A DNA stretch of 64,000 nucleotides from an uncultured Candidatus Peribacteria bacterium (GCA_964554785.1 CAZKPW010000002.1:35428-99427); one strand, 5' to 3'; shown: positions 46,178 to 55,946, counted from the stretch's first letter. The notes: generated by a model from the sequence alone, not told the origin. A program made the numbers and translations.

Positions 46178-47074
46178 ATGATTGTCTCCTACGCGAAACG
46201 GCCCTTTGTAGAGCGCTGTATTGAATCAGCACTCTTTCTGTCAGCACTTATTACTATTGTCACAACGGTCTCGGTGGTGTGGATTTTGCTGTCACAGTCC
46301 CTCGGGTTTTTCAGGGAAGTGTCGTTGTTGGAATTTTTGACGGGGACAGAGTGGACGCCGCTCTTCACAGAGAAACATTTCGGTATTCTTCCATTGGTGG
46401 CAGGCACGGTGCTTACGTCAGCAGTGGCAATTGCTGTTGCACTGCCTATGGGTTTGGTCATTGCAATCTATCTGAGTGAATATGCACCCAGGCGCATACG
46501 CAAAATAGTCAAACCACTGTTGGAAATTCTGGCGGCAGTTCCCACTGTGGTCTACGGATATTTCGCCCTGGTTGTGGTCACTCCGTTTTTACAAACATTC
46601 ATACCCGGACTGCCCGGCTTCAATGCGCTCTCGCCAGGGCTTGTTATGGGATTAATGATCATGCCCTTTATTACGTCTCTCAGCGAGGATGCGTTGTATG
46701 CGGTACCGACATCTCTCCGGGACGCGGCCTATGCCATGGGCTCCACACGATTCCAGACATCGGTAAAAGTACTGGTCCCTGCAGCATCCTCCGGCATAAT
46801 TTCCTCGGCGCTCTTGGCAGTGTCGCGTGGAATGGGGGAAACGATGATCGTGGCGATTGCCGCAGGTCAACAACCGAACCTCACCTTCAATCCGCTTGCT
46901 GCAGTGGAAACAATCACCACGTATATCGTACAAGTCAGCTTGGGCGATGTTCCCCACGGCTCACTGGAATTCCGTACTATTTTTGCCGCCGGAGCGATGC
47001 TCTTCGTGCTTACCTTCTTACTAAATAATCTGAGTTACGTTCTCCATAGAAAATTCCGCCACGTCTATGAATAA
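46178..47074 (+). CDS. pstC: phosphate ABC transporter permease
   Basis: Polytopic permease in the conserved pstS-C-A-B order. EAA-like SLSEDALYAVPTSLRDAAYAMGSTRFQ. Confidence 0.9.
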   Translation: MIVSYAKRPFVERCIESALFLSALITIVTTVSVVWILLSQSLGFFREVSLLEFLTGTEWTPLFTEKHFGILPLVAGTVLTSAVAIAVALPMGLVIAIYLSEYAPRRIRKIVKPLLEILAAVPTVVYGYFALVVVTPFLQTFIPGLPGFNALSPGLVMGLMIMPFITSLSEDALYAVPTSLRDAAYAMGSTRFQTSVKVLVPAASSGIISSALLAVSRGMGETMIVAIAAGQQPNLTFNPLAAVETITTYIVQVSLGDVPHGSLEFRTIFAAGAMLFVLTFLLNNLSYVLHRKFRHVYE

Positions 47075-47924
47075 TGCCAGTTACAACAGGCGCGTCGATA
47101 CAGCCTTCGCGTACGCAGGCATTCTTGCAACGTGCATTGGTTTGATCGCACTTGCAACACTCATCATTTATATTTTCGGTACAGGGTTCGGCAGATTGGA
47201 TGTGGCGTTTTTCCTCTCCCTCCCTTCTCGCTTTGCAGATAAAGCAGGCATTCTGACTGCGTGGACAGGCACACTGTGGATTTTTGCATTTACGACACTC
47301 TTTGCAGTGCCGGTCGGCGTGGCTGCAGGAATTTATTTGGAAGAATATACAAAAAAAGGATTTCTCTCGGCCGTACTCGAAATCAATATCTCCAATCTTG
47401 CGGGAATTCCGTCCATTATTTACGGCATTCTGGGACTCATGCTTTTTGTCAGAGTAATGGCATTGGGGCAAAGCATTCTTTCGGGCAGTCTGATTCTCGC
47501 GTTACTCATTCTTCCTATTATTATTGTGTCCACTAGGGAAGCATTGCGCGCAGTGCCAAAAACACTCAAGGAGGCATCACTGGCTCTGGGTGCGTCACGT
47601 TGGCAAACAATCTGGCGTCAGCTTTTGCCCGCATCTTCCGCAGGAATTATCACAGGTATTATTCTGGCAATCTCGCGTGCAATCGGCGAAACAGCGCCAC
47701 TGATCATGATCGGAGCACTTACGTACGTCCCTTTTGTAGCCGTGTCACCCATGGATGAATTTACGGTACTGCCCATTCAAATTTTCAACTGGGTGTCGCG
47801 TCCGCAAGAAGCGTTTGCCGTGAACGCCGCTGCCGGAATCATTGTGCTGTTGCTGATTGTTTTTTGTATGAATGGCATTGCTGTCTTTTTCAGAAACAGA
47901 GCGCAGAACCATATGAAATGGTAA
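47067..47924 (+). CDS. pstA: phosphate ABC transporter permease
   Basis: REALRAVPKTLKEASLALGASRWQTIW. Overlaps the pstC stop by 8 nt. Confidence 0.9.
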   Translation: MNNASYNRRVDTAFAYAGILATCIGLIALATLIIYIFGTGFGRLDVAFFLSLPSRFADKAGILTAWTGTLWIFAFTTLFAVPVGVAAGIYLEEYTKKGFLSAVLEINISNLAGIPSIIYGILGLMLFVRVMALGQSILSGSLILALLILPIIIVSTREALRAVPKTLKEASLALGASRWQTIWRQLLPASSAGIITGIILAISRAIGETAPLIMIGALTYVPFVAVSPMDEFTVLPIQIFNWVSRPQEAFAVNAAAGIIVLLLIVFCMNGIAVFFRNRAQNHMKW

Positions 47925-47954
47925 TTTTCATTTCTCTTCCGATTCAAGAATCTT

Positions 47955-48755
47955 ATGGAACATGTCACCACTCCCGACTCCCAGCCGGTTGCAAAATCCA
48001 CAACGCCCAAGTTGGAAGCGCGCGGTATTCATGTGTGGTATGACCAGAAAAAAGTGTTGAACAATGTGAGTATGGTTATTCCCGAACATACGGTCACCGC
48101 GCTCATTGGCCCTTCCGGATGTGGCAAGTCTTCTTTCCTCCGGCTGTTTAATCGCATGAATGATTACATTGATGAGTTTCGGATGCAGGGAGAAATTTTT
48201 GTGAACGGAGAAGATATTTATAAGCAATCGAAGGGACTGGAAGAATTGCGACAGACTGTCGGGATGGTTTTCCAAAAACCCAATCCATTTCCAAGTTCCA
48301 TATACGAGAACGTTGTCTACGGTTTGCGTATCCGCGGAACGAAAAAGAAATCCATTCTTGATGACATTGCAGAGCGCTCATTGCGTCAGGCAGCACTGTG
48401 GGATGAAGTAAAAGACGACCTGAAGAAAAATGCACTGCGCCTGTCTGGCGGACAACAGCAACGACTGTGTATTGCCAGGTCGCTTGCAGTGGAGCCGTCT
48501 ATTTTGTTGATGGATGAACCCGCTTCATCGCTTGATCCTATTTCCACGGAAAAAATTGAACATCTCATCAGCGATCTCAAGCCGCATTACACTATTCTGA
48601 TCGTGACGCACAACTTGCAACAGGCAGCAAGAATAAGTGATCAGACAGGTTTTTTGTATATGGGTGATCTTGTGGAGTTTGGTAAAACGAATGATATTTT
48701 TCACCATCCGTCCCATGAGCAGACTAGTCGGTATGTGAATGGGCATTTCGGATAA
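47955..48755 (+). CDS. pstB: phosphate ABC transporter ATP-binding protein
   Basis: Walker A GPSGCGKSS, signature LSGGQQQRLCIARSLA, Walker B LLMDEPASSLD. Confidence 0.95.
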   Translation: MEHVTTPDSQPVAKSTTPKLEARGIHVWYDQKKVLNNVSMVIPEHTVTALIGPSGCGKSSFLRLFNRMNDYIDEFRMQGEIFVNGEDIYKQSKGLEELRQTVGMVFQKPNPFPSSIYENVVYGLRIRGTKKKSILDDIAERSLRQAALWDEVKDDLKKNALRLSGGQQQRLCIARSLAVEPSILLMDEPASSLDPISTEKIEHLISDLKPHYTILIVTHNLQQAARISDQTGFLYMGDLVEFGKTNDIFHHPSHEQTSRYVNGHFG

Positions 48756-48832
48756 GCTCGTCATTTTTTAGAGAGCTATTGGATATGCCGGATCTTCTTC
48801 TATTTGTCTGTGTCACAATCAATCGTCCATTC

Positions 48833-48910
48833 AATTGCTTCGATGGTTTGACCACGTTCTTCCGGCAGCCAAACGATTACGGTAGTCCGTATCGCTTTTG
48901 CATCCAGTAA
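48833..48910 (+). pseudogene. 3-prime fragment of a paralog of the CARDB-like gene
   Basis: Encodes NCFDGLTTFFRQPNDYGSPYRFCIQ*, compared with NCFDGLTTFFPQPNDYVSPYRVCIQ* at the end of 44247..45047. Only a 41-codon frame remains. Confidence 0.65.
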
Positions 48911-48927
48911 TACTTAGCCTATCTCTC

Positions 48928-48958
48928 AAAAAAAACCGCGATCTTCGCGGGTTTTTTT
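48928..48958 (+). terminator. rho-independent terminator (duplicate of 45067..45095)
   Basis: CCGCGA-TCT-TCGCGG, then G, then TTTTTTT. Confidence 0.75.
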
Positions 48959-49137
48959 GTAGTTTTCTATAAAGAAAACAGTTCTATGTGCTACAATAGC
49001 CACTCGATCTCTGGAATCTACGGCTCTCCGACCGACATATTATGTACAAATTTTGTACCCAGATATCTTCTCTATTCTTAGACCCGCATCGCACCTTCAT
49101 GGCCCAGCCATGAACCCAAGCGTAGCGCGTGGTTCAT

Positions 49138-49551
49138 GGGGATGACAGGCTTCGACAGCGTGATTCTGGATATGTGTCGCCTCGATCCGGGATGGCAACG
49201 GTTCCCGATACCCACTTGTTGCAAAAACAACTGCAGCTAAACCTGCTACGGCTCGCCTTGAGAAGGGTCTCCGTTTCGCTCAGTCTCTGAGCGGAATGCG
49301 TTCCTTCGCTTTCGCAGCCTAAGTTTCCCTTTAGCGGAAACACGCTTTACCTTCTATCCTCACTAAAAGGATAAGGCGTTATCAGTGAGGTGGGATCAGT
49401 GTCTGACAGTGCACTGCTCCGACATCCCTCTGTCATCCTCACACTCTATCCTTGTTTCTTCCTAAGGAACTGTGAGTAACGGAAGATTCATGATCGTACT
49501 GGCACCATGTTCACACGTTGGACCCCGGTTCAATTCCGGGCATCTCCACCA
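49138..49551 (+). ncRNA. ssrA: tmRNA (SsrA)
   Basis: 5-prime GGGGATGACAGGCTTCGACAGCG. 3-prime tRNA-like end CCCGG-TTCAATT-CCGGG CATCTCC A CCA. The acceptor pairing includes the G3:U alanine identity pair. The internal tag frame ends ..SFAFAA-TAA (49221..49322). Confidence 0.95.
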
Positions 49552-49552
49552 T

Positions 49553-50023
49553 CTAAGTTTTTTTCGCGTTCAATAACGTAATTGTCACCTGTAACCCCGT
49601 CGCAAAACTGACCCATGCCAAGTAGGGAATTTGCGCGTAGGTAATCCACATGGCGTAGGGGAATATTGCAAACATTGCCCAGACGAGTGTTACCAGGACC
49701 AAAAAGATATCCAGACATGCCAGTGCATTGCTGCGGAGGCCGAACTGGAGCGGCGTGAAGAGAAAATTAAAAAGAAGATTCAATACAAACGGCAGCAAAA
49801 TAAGCCAGGACATTCTTCCTTGCAGTGCAAGCATCAGTGCTGCGCCAAACGAAAAAATAATCCCGACATACAGCACGGTCCACACCGGTCCGAAGACGGC
49901 AGCGGGAGGAGCCCAATCGGGTTTTTTCAGTGCCTGATACCAATCGTATGCGCGCATACCAAAAGTATAACCCATCTTATGCGAATGCGGGTGATATTTT
50001 GACGGGTTTCTATCTCTCTTCAT
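49553..50023 (-). CDS. TspO/MBR family protein (apparently lacking TM1)
   Basis: YDWYQALKKPDWAPPAAVFGPVWTVLY, followed by four hydrophobic helices. Confidence 0.75.
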   Translation of the reverse strand: MKRDRNPSKYHPHSHKMGYTFGMRAYDWYQALKKPDWAPPAAVFGPVWTVLYVGIIFSFGAALMLALQGRMSWLILLPFVLNLLFNFLFTPLQFGLRSNALACLDIFLVLVTLVWAMFAIFPYAMWITYAQIPYLAWVSFATGLQVTITLLNAKKT

Positions 50024-50115
50024 AGTATCATTGTTGTTTGATACTATCTGCGTGTGATCATTTTTTTGATTTCTGATTGTATAAAAACTTCCTATTTCCT
50101 CCTTTTCTTTTTATG

Positions 50116-50505
50116 AAAATACGCCTTGGTTCCATTATTGGATGGGTTTGTACCGTCCTCGTATCCGCCCTGACAGTGATGAGCGCCATCATGGAATTCG
50201 TTCCCATGACAGATCCTGTTATGATCGACTACGCTACACGTTTAGGTGTGCTCGACATAGCGGTGCCGCTCGGGATTACTAAACTGATTCTTGTCCTTCT
50301 ATACCTCATCCCGCGTACGTCGACAGTCGGCTTTGTATTGCTTATTGGTTACTTCGGAGGTGCGCTTGCTACAAATATTACACATGGTTTTCCATTTGCA
50401 GACTATGCCCCGCTTACAATCGTTCTTGTCCTGATGACGATCGATGCATGGCTCCGCAAACCTGAGCTCCTCACACGTTTGATGGGCCGTCCGGTGAAAG
50501 CTTAA
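50116..50505 (+). CDS. DoxX-like family membrane protein
   Basis: Start at MKIRLGSIIGW. Four helices. YLIPRTSTVGFVLLIGYFGGALATNITHG is typical of DoxX_2. Confidence 0.55.
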   Translation, partial: KIRLGSIIGWVCTVLVSALTVMSAIMEFVPMTDPVMIDYATRLGVLDIAVPLGITKLILVLLYLIPRTSTVGFVLLIGYFGGALATNITHGFPFADYAPLTIVLVLMTIDAWLRKPELLTRLMGRPVKA

Positions 50506-50524
50506 TTGAATACATTTTGTATAC

Positions 50525-50559
50525 AAAAGATCGCGACCCATACCGGTCGCGATCTTTTT
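50525..50559. terminator. bidirectional rho-independent terminator
   Basis: AAAA-GATCGCGACC-CATACC-GGTCGCGATC-TTTTT, between convergent genes. Confidence 0.8.
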
Positions 50560-50570
50560 AGATGGGTATT

Positions 50571-53500
50571 TTAGAGTGTGGTTTGCAATGCCTGCAGCGC
50601 TTCAATTTGTTCGCGCAGTTTCTTCTGCGTTGTATCGATTTCTTCCAAAATCGCGAGTTGCTGTTCTATGTTTCCGAGTTCGGCTTTCATGTTGTCTTTC
50701 TGTGCAATGTCCGCTTGTACGGTTGTAACGGTTGCTTCTGCACGTGTCTGCAGTTCATGTATTGCTTGAGCAATTTCCGTAATTTTCACGGTCGCTTTTT
50801 TTGTATGATCAATGACAATTTCTTGCGTGGTCAGTCCCTGAATACTCATGGATTGTTGCAGCAGTGTGGTGGACCATTCTGTCAGCTGAGGATCATCATT
50901 TTCCGGGTTCATACTGTCCAGCTTGCGGATCATGGCACTCAAATCCTGATACGTGGATTGTAAGCGTTGAGCAATTCCTTCTTCCAGCACGGAAATTTGC
51001 GGAGCCAGGGTATCTCTCTTTGCGGTCATGGTAAGAGTCTGGTCCGTTACGTTTACCGAATCGACAATACTCACGGTCACAACAGCGGGAGCAATGGGTG
51101 CGGGTATAGCCCCCAGTTCCACATTTTGGAAAGATTCGTTGCTTAGTGAAGCGGGAGTCGCTGCTGGTTCCGGAGCGTCTTGCTCTGCATGTTCCACAGC
51201 CGGAACAGGTTCTTCTATTGGAGGCGTTTGCAATGCTGTAGACGAGACAGACGGATCCGCAGGGGTGGATGTGGATACAGATTCCCCTTCCTTTTGAGTC
51301 ATGATTTTTTGCAGATTTCCTAGTAACAAGGAAATTGCTTTTTCAAAATCAGCAGATTTGTCCTGCTGCTCCAATGAATTGTTGTTCGTATTCAATTGGT
51401 AACAACTCATGAGTGCTTCACAGATTTGCAAAATACTTTCGATATAATTTTCGTGCGCTTCCGCAGTGAATTGGCCGGTTTGCTGCAGAGAGCGTGCCGC
51501 CTCTGCAAGAATTGGATGTATTTGAATCAATGTGAATTCTGAAAATAAACGGCTGCCTGTCGTATTGTGGGTATTATATCTCTGCATTTTTTGCGAAAGA
51601 GGACCGGTCATTTCCATGCACGCAGAAATAGCTTTCAAAAATTCCTCCGCTTCATCTCCTTTCAGCTTCTCGCCGCTTCCTGCCGGCACGTACGTCCGCA
51701 GATCTTCCAAAAGAAGATTCGCACCTCGAACATAGTGTTGAGGCACTTGGCTGCTTGCAACGTTGCCAGTTCTTTTATCGACATGCATAAGAGCTACAGT
51801 CCCTCTTAACTTAAAAAGACGTAAGAATTCAACGGCAAATGCATCGAATGCCGTGGCACTTTCCGGTGAAGACTGCAAAGTACTCTGGCGATCTTTTACA
51901 TAGGTATATATTTTCTGAATCAGAAGGCGCGTTGCAAAATCGCCGACGTATTTAATTTTTCTTTCTGCAAAATCACTCACGGAAGCGACTGCTTCCGCAG
52001 CTTTTGCTGCAAACGGATTGAGTGTTTCTACGGAGACCGCAGCATCTGCAGACAGTTCAGGGGCAGTAACCGGTTCTTCAATAGGCAAGGAAATCGGCGC
52101 TACTTCTACAGACATGCGTGCGCTTTGTGCATTGCCAGCGGGAAGAAGACTGGAGAATGCGGTGTCATTCACAGTCGCGACAGTGTCGGATGTGCTGCCG
52201 TTATTTCCTTGCAGTGTGGCATTGTGGTTTCTTGCCACAAAGACCTCTTCTGCAATGACCGGCGTCACAGTCGGCCGCACCTCATATGCAACGACTGCGT
52301 CGACAGGAGTGTCACTTCCATTTTTTTCCGGTTGCGCTCCTGTCCTTCTTACTGCGGGCATTTCCATATATTCAATATACGATTTAATTTCTAAATACGG
52401 ACGCACGAGCTTCATGTTCCCGTTGCAACGCTCGTTTACTTTGTTTGCCGCATTTGCAAGGAATGTCCCATCCGTATAAAAGTTGGTTCCGTCTTTTCCA
52501 CCCATATCTTTCCAGAATTGATCCAGTACACTTGCTTCTTCCGATGTCATTCTCCATAGGGGCATTGCGTCGGGTTCCCTGCGCGCAGAAAAATGTTTCC
52601 ACTTTTTCGGCATAAGAATGGCTTCGGCAATAATGACGCTATTGCCGGTTTCCATATCAATATCTAGATACGGAATCTCTGAAAGATCCAGATTGGCAGT
52701 TTTCGCCATATTTTGAAGATCGTTTCGCTGGATACGACCGGGCAGCACATGTTTAATCCATTCGGATGTAAGTACAATTTTTTCGCACTCTTCCAAATTT
52801 TCAGCAGATGTATCGTTTACCATCAGTTCATTGATTTTTTGGATAAGGGCGAATTGCACAGTCGGAACATCCGGATATTCATTTTCCCGAACAGATTCAA
52901 TCGCCATACTCAATGCTAGGATAAAATTGCCAAATAAATCCGCTCCTTTGGCACTCACGCGTTCCGAACCGGATACAAGCGGTGTTTTTTTAAGGGATTT
53001 AATACCCACAAATTTTCCATCTGGCGAGGTGGGGATGAGTACATTCAAGCGGTCGACGTTGGTTGTGTGAAACTGTTTCATGACCAGTGCCACATACCGT
53101 GCCGGCATGAGTAATTCAATGTGCGTGGCTGAGTTGACGTTCTCTGTCGGCAGAGCGTCGCGTACGCGTTGACGGATGGTGTCGCAAATGCCGTCGAATT
53201 GCAGGACAATCTGTTTCCACACTCTTTCATCCAGATACTGTGATTCGGTGGTACTCATTTGCGGTTTTAATGCGTGTATTCTTGCATGTGCTTTTTTTGC
53301 CGCAGTGCGTAACTCCCCATAGGTTTTCCACTCACCCCCTTTCAAGACTTCCAGAGTTTGGAGAATATTGCCCATAAGATTTCGCGTTTTATCTTTGTCT
53401 ACACTCTGCTTTCTTGTACGAGCGCCTGTGGGGAAAAGTGTCACGATATTTTCAACAACTGCGTTGCAGGCCGTCTTGATCATTTCTTCAACTTCTTTTC

Positions 53501-53603
53501 TGGGAATACCTTCCGGTAATTCTGTGGCATCAGTCATTTCCGGGAAACATTTTTCGTGTTGTGGTTTGTCGCTCATAAAAAAGTGAAAGAAGGAAAGTTC
53601 CAA
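50571..53603 (-). CDS. large hypothetical protein (about 1000 aa) with C-terminal coiled coil
   Basis: Uninterrupted ORF with Ala/Pro/Ser-rich linkers and a heptad-rich C-terminus (..AELGNIEQQLAILEEIDTTQKKLREQIEALQALQ). No catalytic motif recognised. The start may be Met11 (53573). Confidence 0.7.
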   Translation of the reverse strand: MELSFFHFFMSDKPQHEKCFPEMTDATELPEGIPRKEVEEMIKTACNAVVENIVTLFPTGARTRKQSVDKDKTRNLMGNILQTLEVLKGGEWKTYGELRTAAKKAHARIHALKPQMSTTESQYLDERVWKQIVLQFDGICDTIRQRVRDALPTENVNSATHIELLMPARYVALVMKQFHTTNVDRLNVLIPTSPDGKFVGIKSLKKTPLVSGSERVSAKGADLFGNFILALSMAIESVRENEYPDVPTVQFALIQKINELMVNDTSAENLEECEKIVLTSEWIKHVLPGRIQRNDLQNMAKTANLDLSEIPYLDIDMETGNSVIIAEAILMPKKWKHFSARREPDAMPLWRMTSEEASVLDQFWKDMGGKDGTNFYTDGTFLANAANKVNERCNGNMKLVRPYLEIKSYIEYMEMPAVRRTGAQPEKNGSDTPVDAVVAYEVRPTVTPVIAEEVFVARNHNATLQGNNGSTSDTVATVNDTAFSSLLPAGNAQSARMSVEVAPISLPIEEPVTAPELSADAAVSVETLNPFAAKAAEAVASVSDFAERKIKYVGDFATRLLIQKIYTYVKDRQSTLQSSPESATAFDAFAVEFLRLFKLRGTVALMHVDKRTGNVASSQVPQHYVRGANLLLEDLRTYVPAGSGEKLKGDEAEEFLKAISACMEMTGPLSQKMQRYNTHNTTGSRLFSEFTLIQIHPILAEAARSLQQTGQFTAEAHENYIESILQICEALMSCYQLNTNNNSLEQQDKSADFEKAISLLLGNLQKIMTQKEGESVSTSTPADPSVSSTALQTPPIEEPVPAVEHAEQDAPEPAATPASLSNESFQNVELGAIPAPIAPAVVTVSIVDSVNVTDQTLTMTAKRDTLAPQISVLEEGIAQRLQSTYQDLSAMIRKLDSMNPENDDPQLTEWSTTLLQQSMSIQGLTTQEIVIDHTKKATVKITEIAQAIHELQTRAEATVTTVQADIAQKDNMKAELGNIEQQLAILEEIDTTQKKLREQIEALQALQTTL

Positions 53604-53640
53604 ATTCTAGGCTTTCCGGTGGTTTCTGCAAGATCGATTC

Positions 53641-53669
53641 AAAAAGAGGCCGACATGCGGCCTCTTTTT
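53641..53669. terminator. rho-independent terminator
   Basis: AAAA-AGAGGCCG-ACATG-CGGCCTCT-TTTT. Confidence 0.75.
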
Positions 53670-53695
53670 GAGAACTGTAAAAATGCGCAGAGCGC

Positions 53696-54880
53696 TTACT
53701 CCGCTTTTTCTATAAAACTGGCATTTACATATCCATAGACTCCATTCGGAGTTTTTACTTTTGCCCAGCCATTTTTCAGCATTTCCAGAACGTACAGAGG
53801 ATCATGCGGCATAAGAGTCATAATATTCACGGCCGTGGCGCGGGAATCTTTGCGGAGATGCAACTGGTAGCTTGTGACTCTGTAGAGCATCCCCTCGGAA
53901 GAAACCGGTACGGCAACGGAAGCCTTGGAAGACACGGACGATGCACTGGATACGGAAGAGACTGTAGCTGTGGAAGAAGACTGTACCGAGCGTACGGACC
54001 ATGCAGAGCGCGACATTGCAGAGGAAGAAGAGGGTGCGGCGACCGGGACTTTGCGATTGGCAAGTCTCATTAGTTTTCTCTGAGAAAGCGTCAGGCGCTC
54101 GCGGAACGGCGCGCGCACTGCGGAAGAGCTGCTGGAAGAAGACATACGGCGCTTGCTGGAGGAAGAAGACCTTGCCATGGATTGCACTGCCATGGCTGCA
54201 ATATCGTCTCCGCCAAGGACGCTGTCGAATACGGTCACTTCATCAATGTTTCCGTGCCAGAATTCTGCACCAAACGGTTGTACGTTGTTGCGACCGATAT
54301 CGGTTAGGCCTGTCGTTCCCAAGTACACCCCGGATGCGGTTCCTGTCGCTTGCATGGCTCCGTCTACATAGATGCGACGTTGGCGTGTTTTGGAATCGAA
54401 GGTGAAGGTGGCGTGGTGCCAGGTGTTTGCCGTAAAGACGTTGTCCGCAGTCGACATATCATCATTCTTAAAAGAAAACTGGAGTGCGCCTTTTTTTGTC
54501 AGACGAAGTGCCAGGTCTTTATCTGTCTGTATGGAATCGCCTTGCGATAGCCATACCTGATCCATGCTCATATCCGTTGTTTTTAACCATGCGGCAACAG
54601 TAAAGGAGCGGTTATCGAATCCAATATGCGGAGCGCTCAAGTATTCCGTTCCGTTTAGACTGAGCGATGTGTGATTCGCAATCCCTGTTCCCGGAACATC
54701 GTCCGAACGTTCTGCACCGCTTACAAACGTGGCATCTCCGGTTTTCCCCGTCGCATCAATGGCTATCATCCCGTTTGATTCATCAAAACCGTAGCGGGTT
54801 ATCATGGTGACTGCGGCGGCGGATGCTTGTGTGACCAGGGAAAGCGCAACGACTGCGGACAGGGGAATGGTGAGTTTCAT
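53696..54880 (-). CDS. secreted LamG (concanavalin-A-like lectin) domain protein with Ser-rich linker and C-terminal SH3b-like domain
   Basis: Signal MKLTIPLSAVVALSLVTQASA. FTVAAWLKTT..WHHATFTFDS..RIYVDG..FWHGNIDEVTVFDSVL. Poly-Ser linker. C-terminal ..GWAKVKTPNGVYGYVNASFI. Confidence 0.7.
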   Translation of the reverse strand: MKLTIPLSAVVALSLVTQASAAAVTMITRYGFDESNGMIAIDATGKTGDATFVSGAERSDDVPGTGIANHTSLSLNGTEYLSAPHIGFDNRSFTVAAWLKTTDMSMDQVWLSQGDSIQTDKDLALRLTKKGALQFSFKNDDMSTADNVFTANTWHHATFTFDSKTRQRRIYVDGAMQATGTASGVYLGTTGLTDIGRNNVQPFGAEFWHGNIDEVTVFDSVLGGDDIAAMAVQSMARSSSSSKRRMSSSSSSSAVRAPFRERLTLSQRKLMRLANRKVPVAAPSSSSAMSRSAWSVRSVQSSSTATVSSVSSASSVSSKASVAVPVSSEGMLYRVTSYQLHLRKDSRATAVNIMTLMPHDPLYVLEMLKNGWAKVKTPNGVYGYVNASFIEKAE

Positions 54881-54980
54881 GAAAGCAGGGGGAAGAACAA
54901 AACGAAAGTCAGTGTAACGACAATGCGGCCTGTTGTCATAGAGGAGAGCAACATTCATAATTGAATAAAAAATGTATTCA

Positions 54981-55009
54981 AAAATACCGCGCCAGTCGCG
55001 GTATTTTTC
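54981..55009. terminator. rho-independent terminator
   Basis: ATACCGCG-CCAGT-CGCGGTAT, flanked by A and T runs. Confidence 0.7.
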
Positions 55010-55026
55010 TAGTGGAATGCAATCTT

Positions 55027-55836
55027 TTAGAACAGCTTATACCAAGGAAGTGCGGAAGAACTCTGGGAGCTCCTATCCATAGAGGAAGATGAGGACGCAG
55101 ATCCGGCGGTCGGGGTTGTGGTCTTTGGAGGGAGAACCATCACCTTTGTCGGCTTATTCATTTGAAGGATGACGCTTAAGGGGACGACGCGCGTTTCAAG
55201 ATCTTTATACTTCGTGCTGGTACGTGTGGTGATGTTATGGTCCAAACGATCCATTATTTCAACGGTGACACCTGCTGTTACAATGTTTTGCAACGATGTG
55301 ACAGTAGTGGGGATTGCATTGCGTTCAGCCAAAGCAAAGACGTACGGGCCGTACCAGACGCCGCGGTTAGTGGCTTCTGCGTACGGAGTGAGACCATACG
55401 CGCGAGCGATAATTTTGGATGCTTCCGCGAAGGTAATCTCTACATCAGGGTGGAAAGACCCGTCCTTGTATCCGCGAGCGATTCCATCGCGCAGTGCGAC
55501 GCACAGCTGGTTACCGTACCGGCTATCGGTGTGTACATCGGTATAGAGAAGCGTAAAGGTGGGAGGCAAACTTGTGGCAATGTCCCAGTAGCAGTTTGCA
55601 ATCTGTTCATCTGTATAGAGGTGTTCAACCACCATGGCGGTAAAGGAAGCGCGCGTCATTTTGGTATCGAACACCAAAGACATCGGCATTGCCGTGCTTC
55701 CGGTTGAAGTCGGATCGACGAAAATATTCTGATATCCATCGTCTGGAATAATATCTTCTATGAATTTTGCGGATGCAACGGGCGCGTAGAGCGCACCGAC
55801 AAGTCCTGCAAGGACAATGAGACGAGAGGGATTCAT
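55027..55836 (-). CDS. secreted protein with SLH-like domains
   Basis: Signal LIVLAGLVGALYAPVASA. MTRASFTAMVVEHLY and GYKDGSFHPDVEITFAEASKIIARAY resemble S-layer-homology repeats. Confidence 0.5.
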   Translation of the reverse strand: MNPSRLIVLAGLVGALYAPVASAKFIEDIIPDDGYQNIFVDPTSTGSTAMPMSLVFDTKMTRASFTAMVVEHLYTDEQIANCYWDIATSLPPTFTLLYTDVHTDSRYGNQLCVALRDGIARGYKDGSFHPDVEITFAEASKIIARAYGLTPYAEATNRGVWYGPYVFALAERNAIPTTVTSLQNIVTAGVTVEIMDRLDHNITTRTSTKYKDLETRVVPLSVILQMNKPTKVMVLPPKTTTPTAGSASSSSSMDRSSQSSSALPWYKLF

Positions 55837-55946
55837 AAATGGGAATGGGAAGGAAAGTAGATAATCGTACTACAAGACTGCGCCGATGCAAGCTTGAGCA
55901 GCAGACATGTCTGGTATCTTTTACTCCTCCTTCCCCATTTCTTTTT

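Noticed and set aside
49134-49343. 69-aa minus-strand ORF
   Set aside because: It lies inside the tmRNA gene, and the RNA fold and tag frame explain this sequence.
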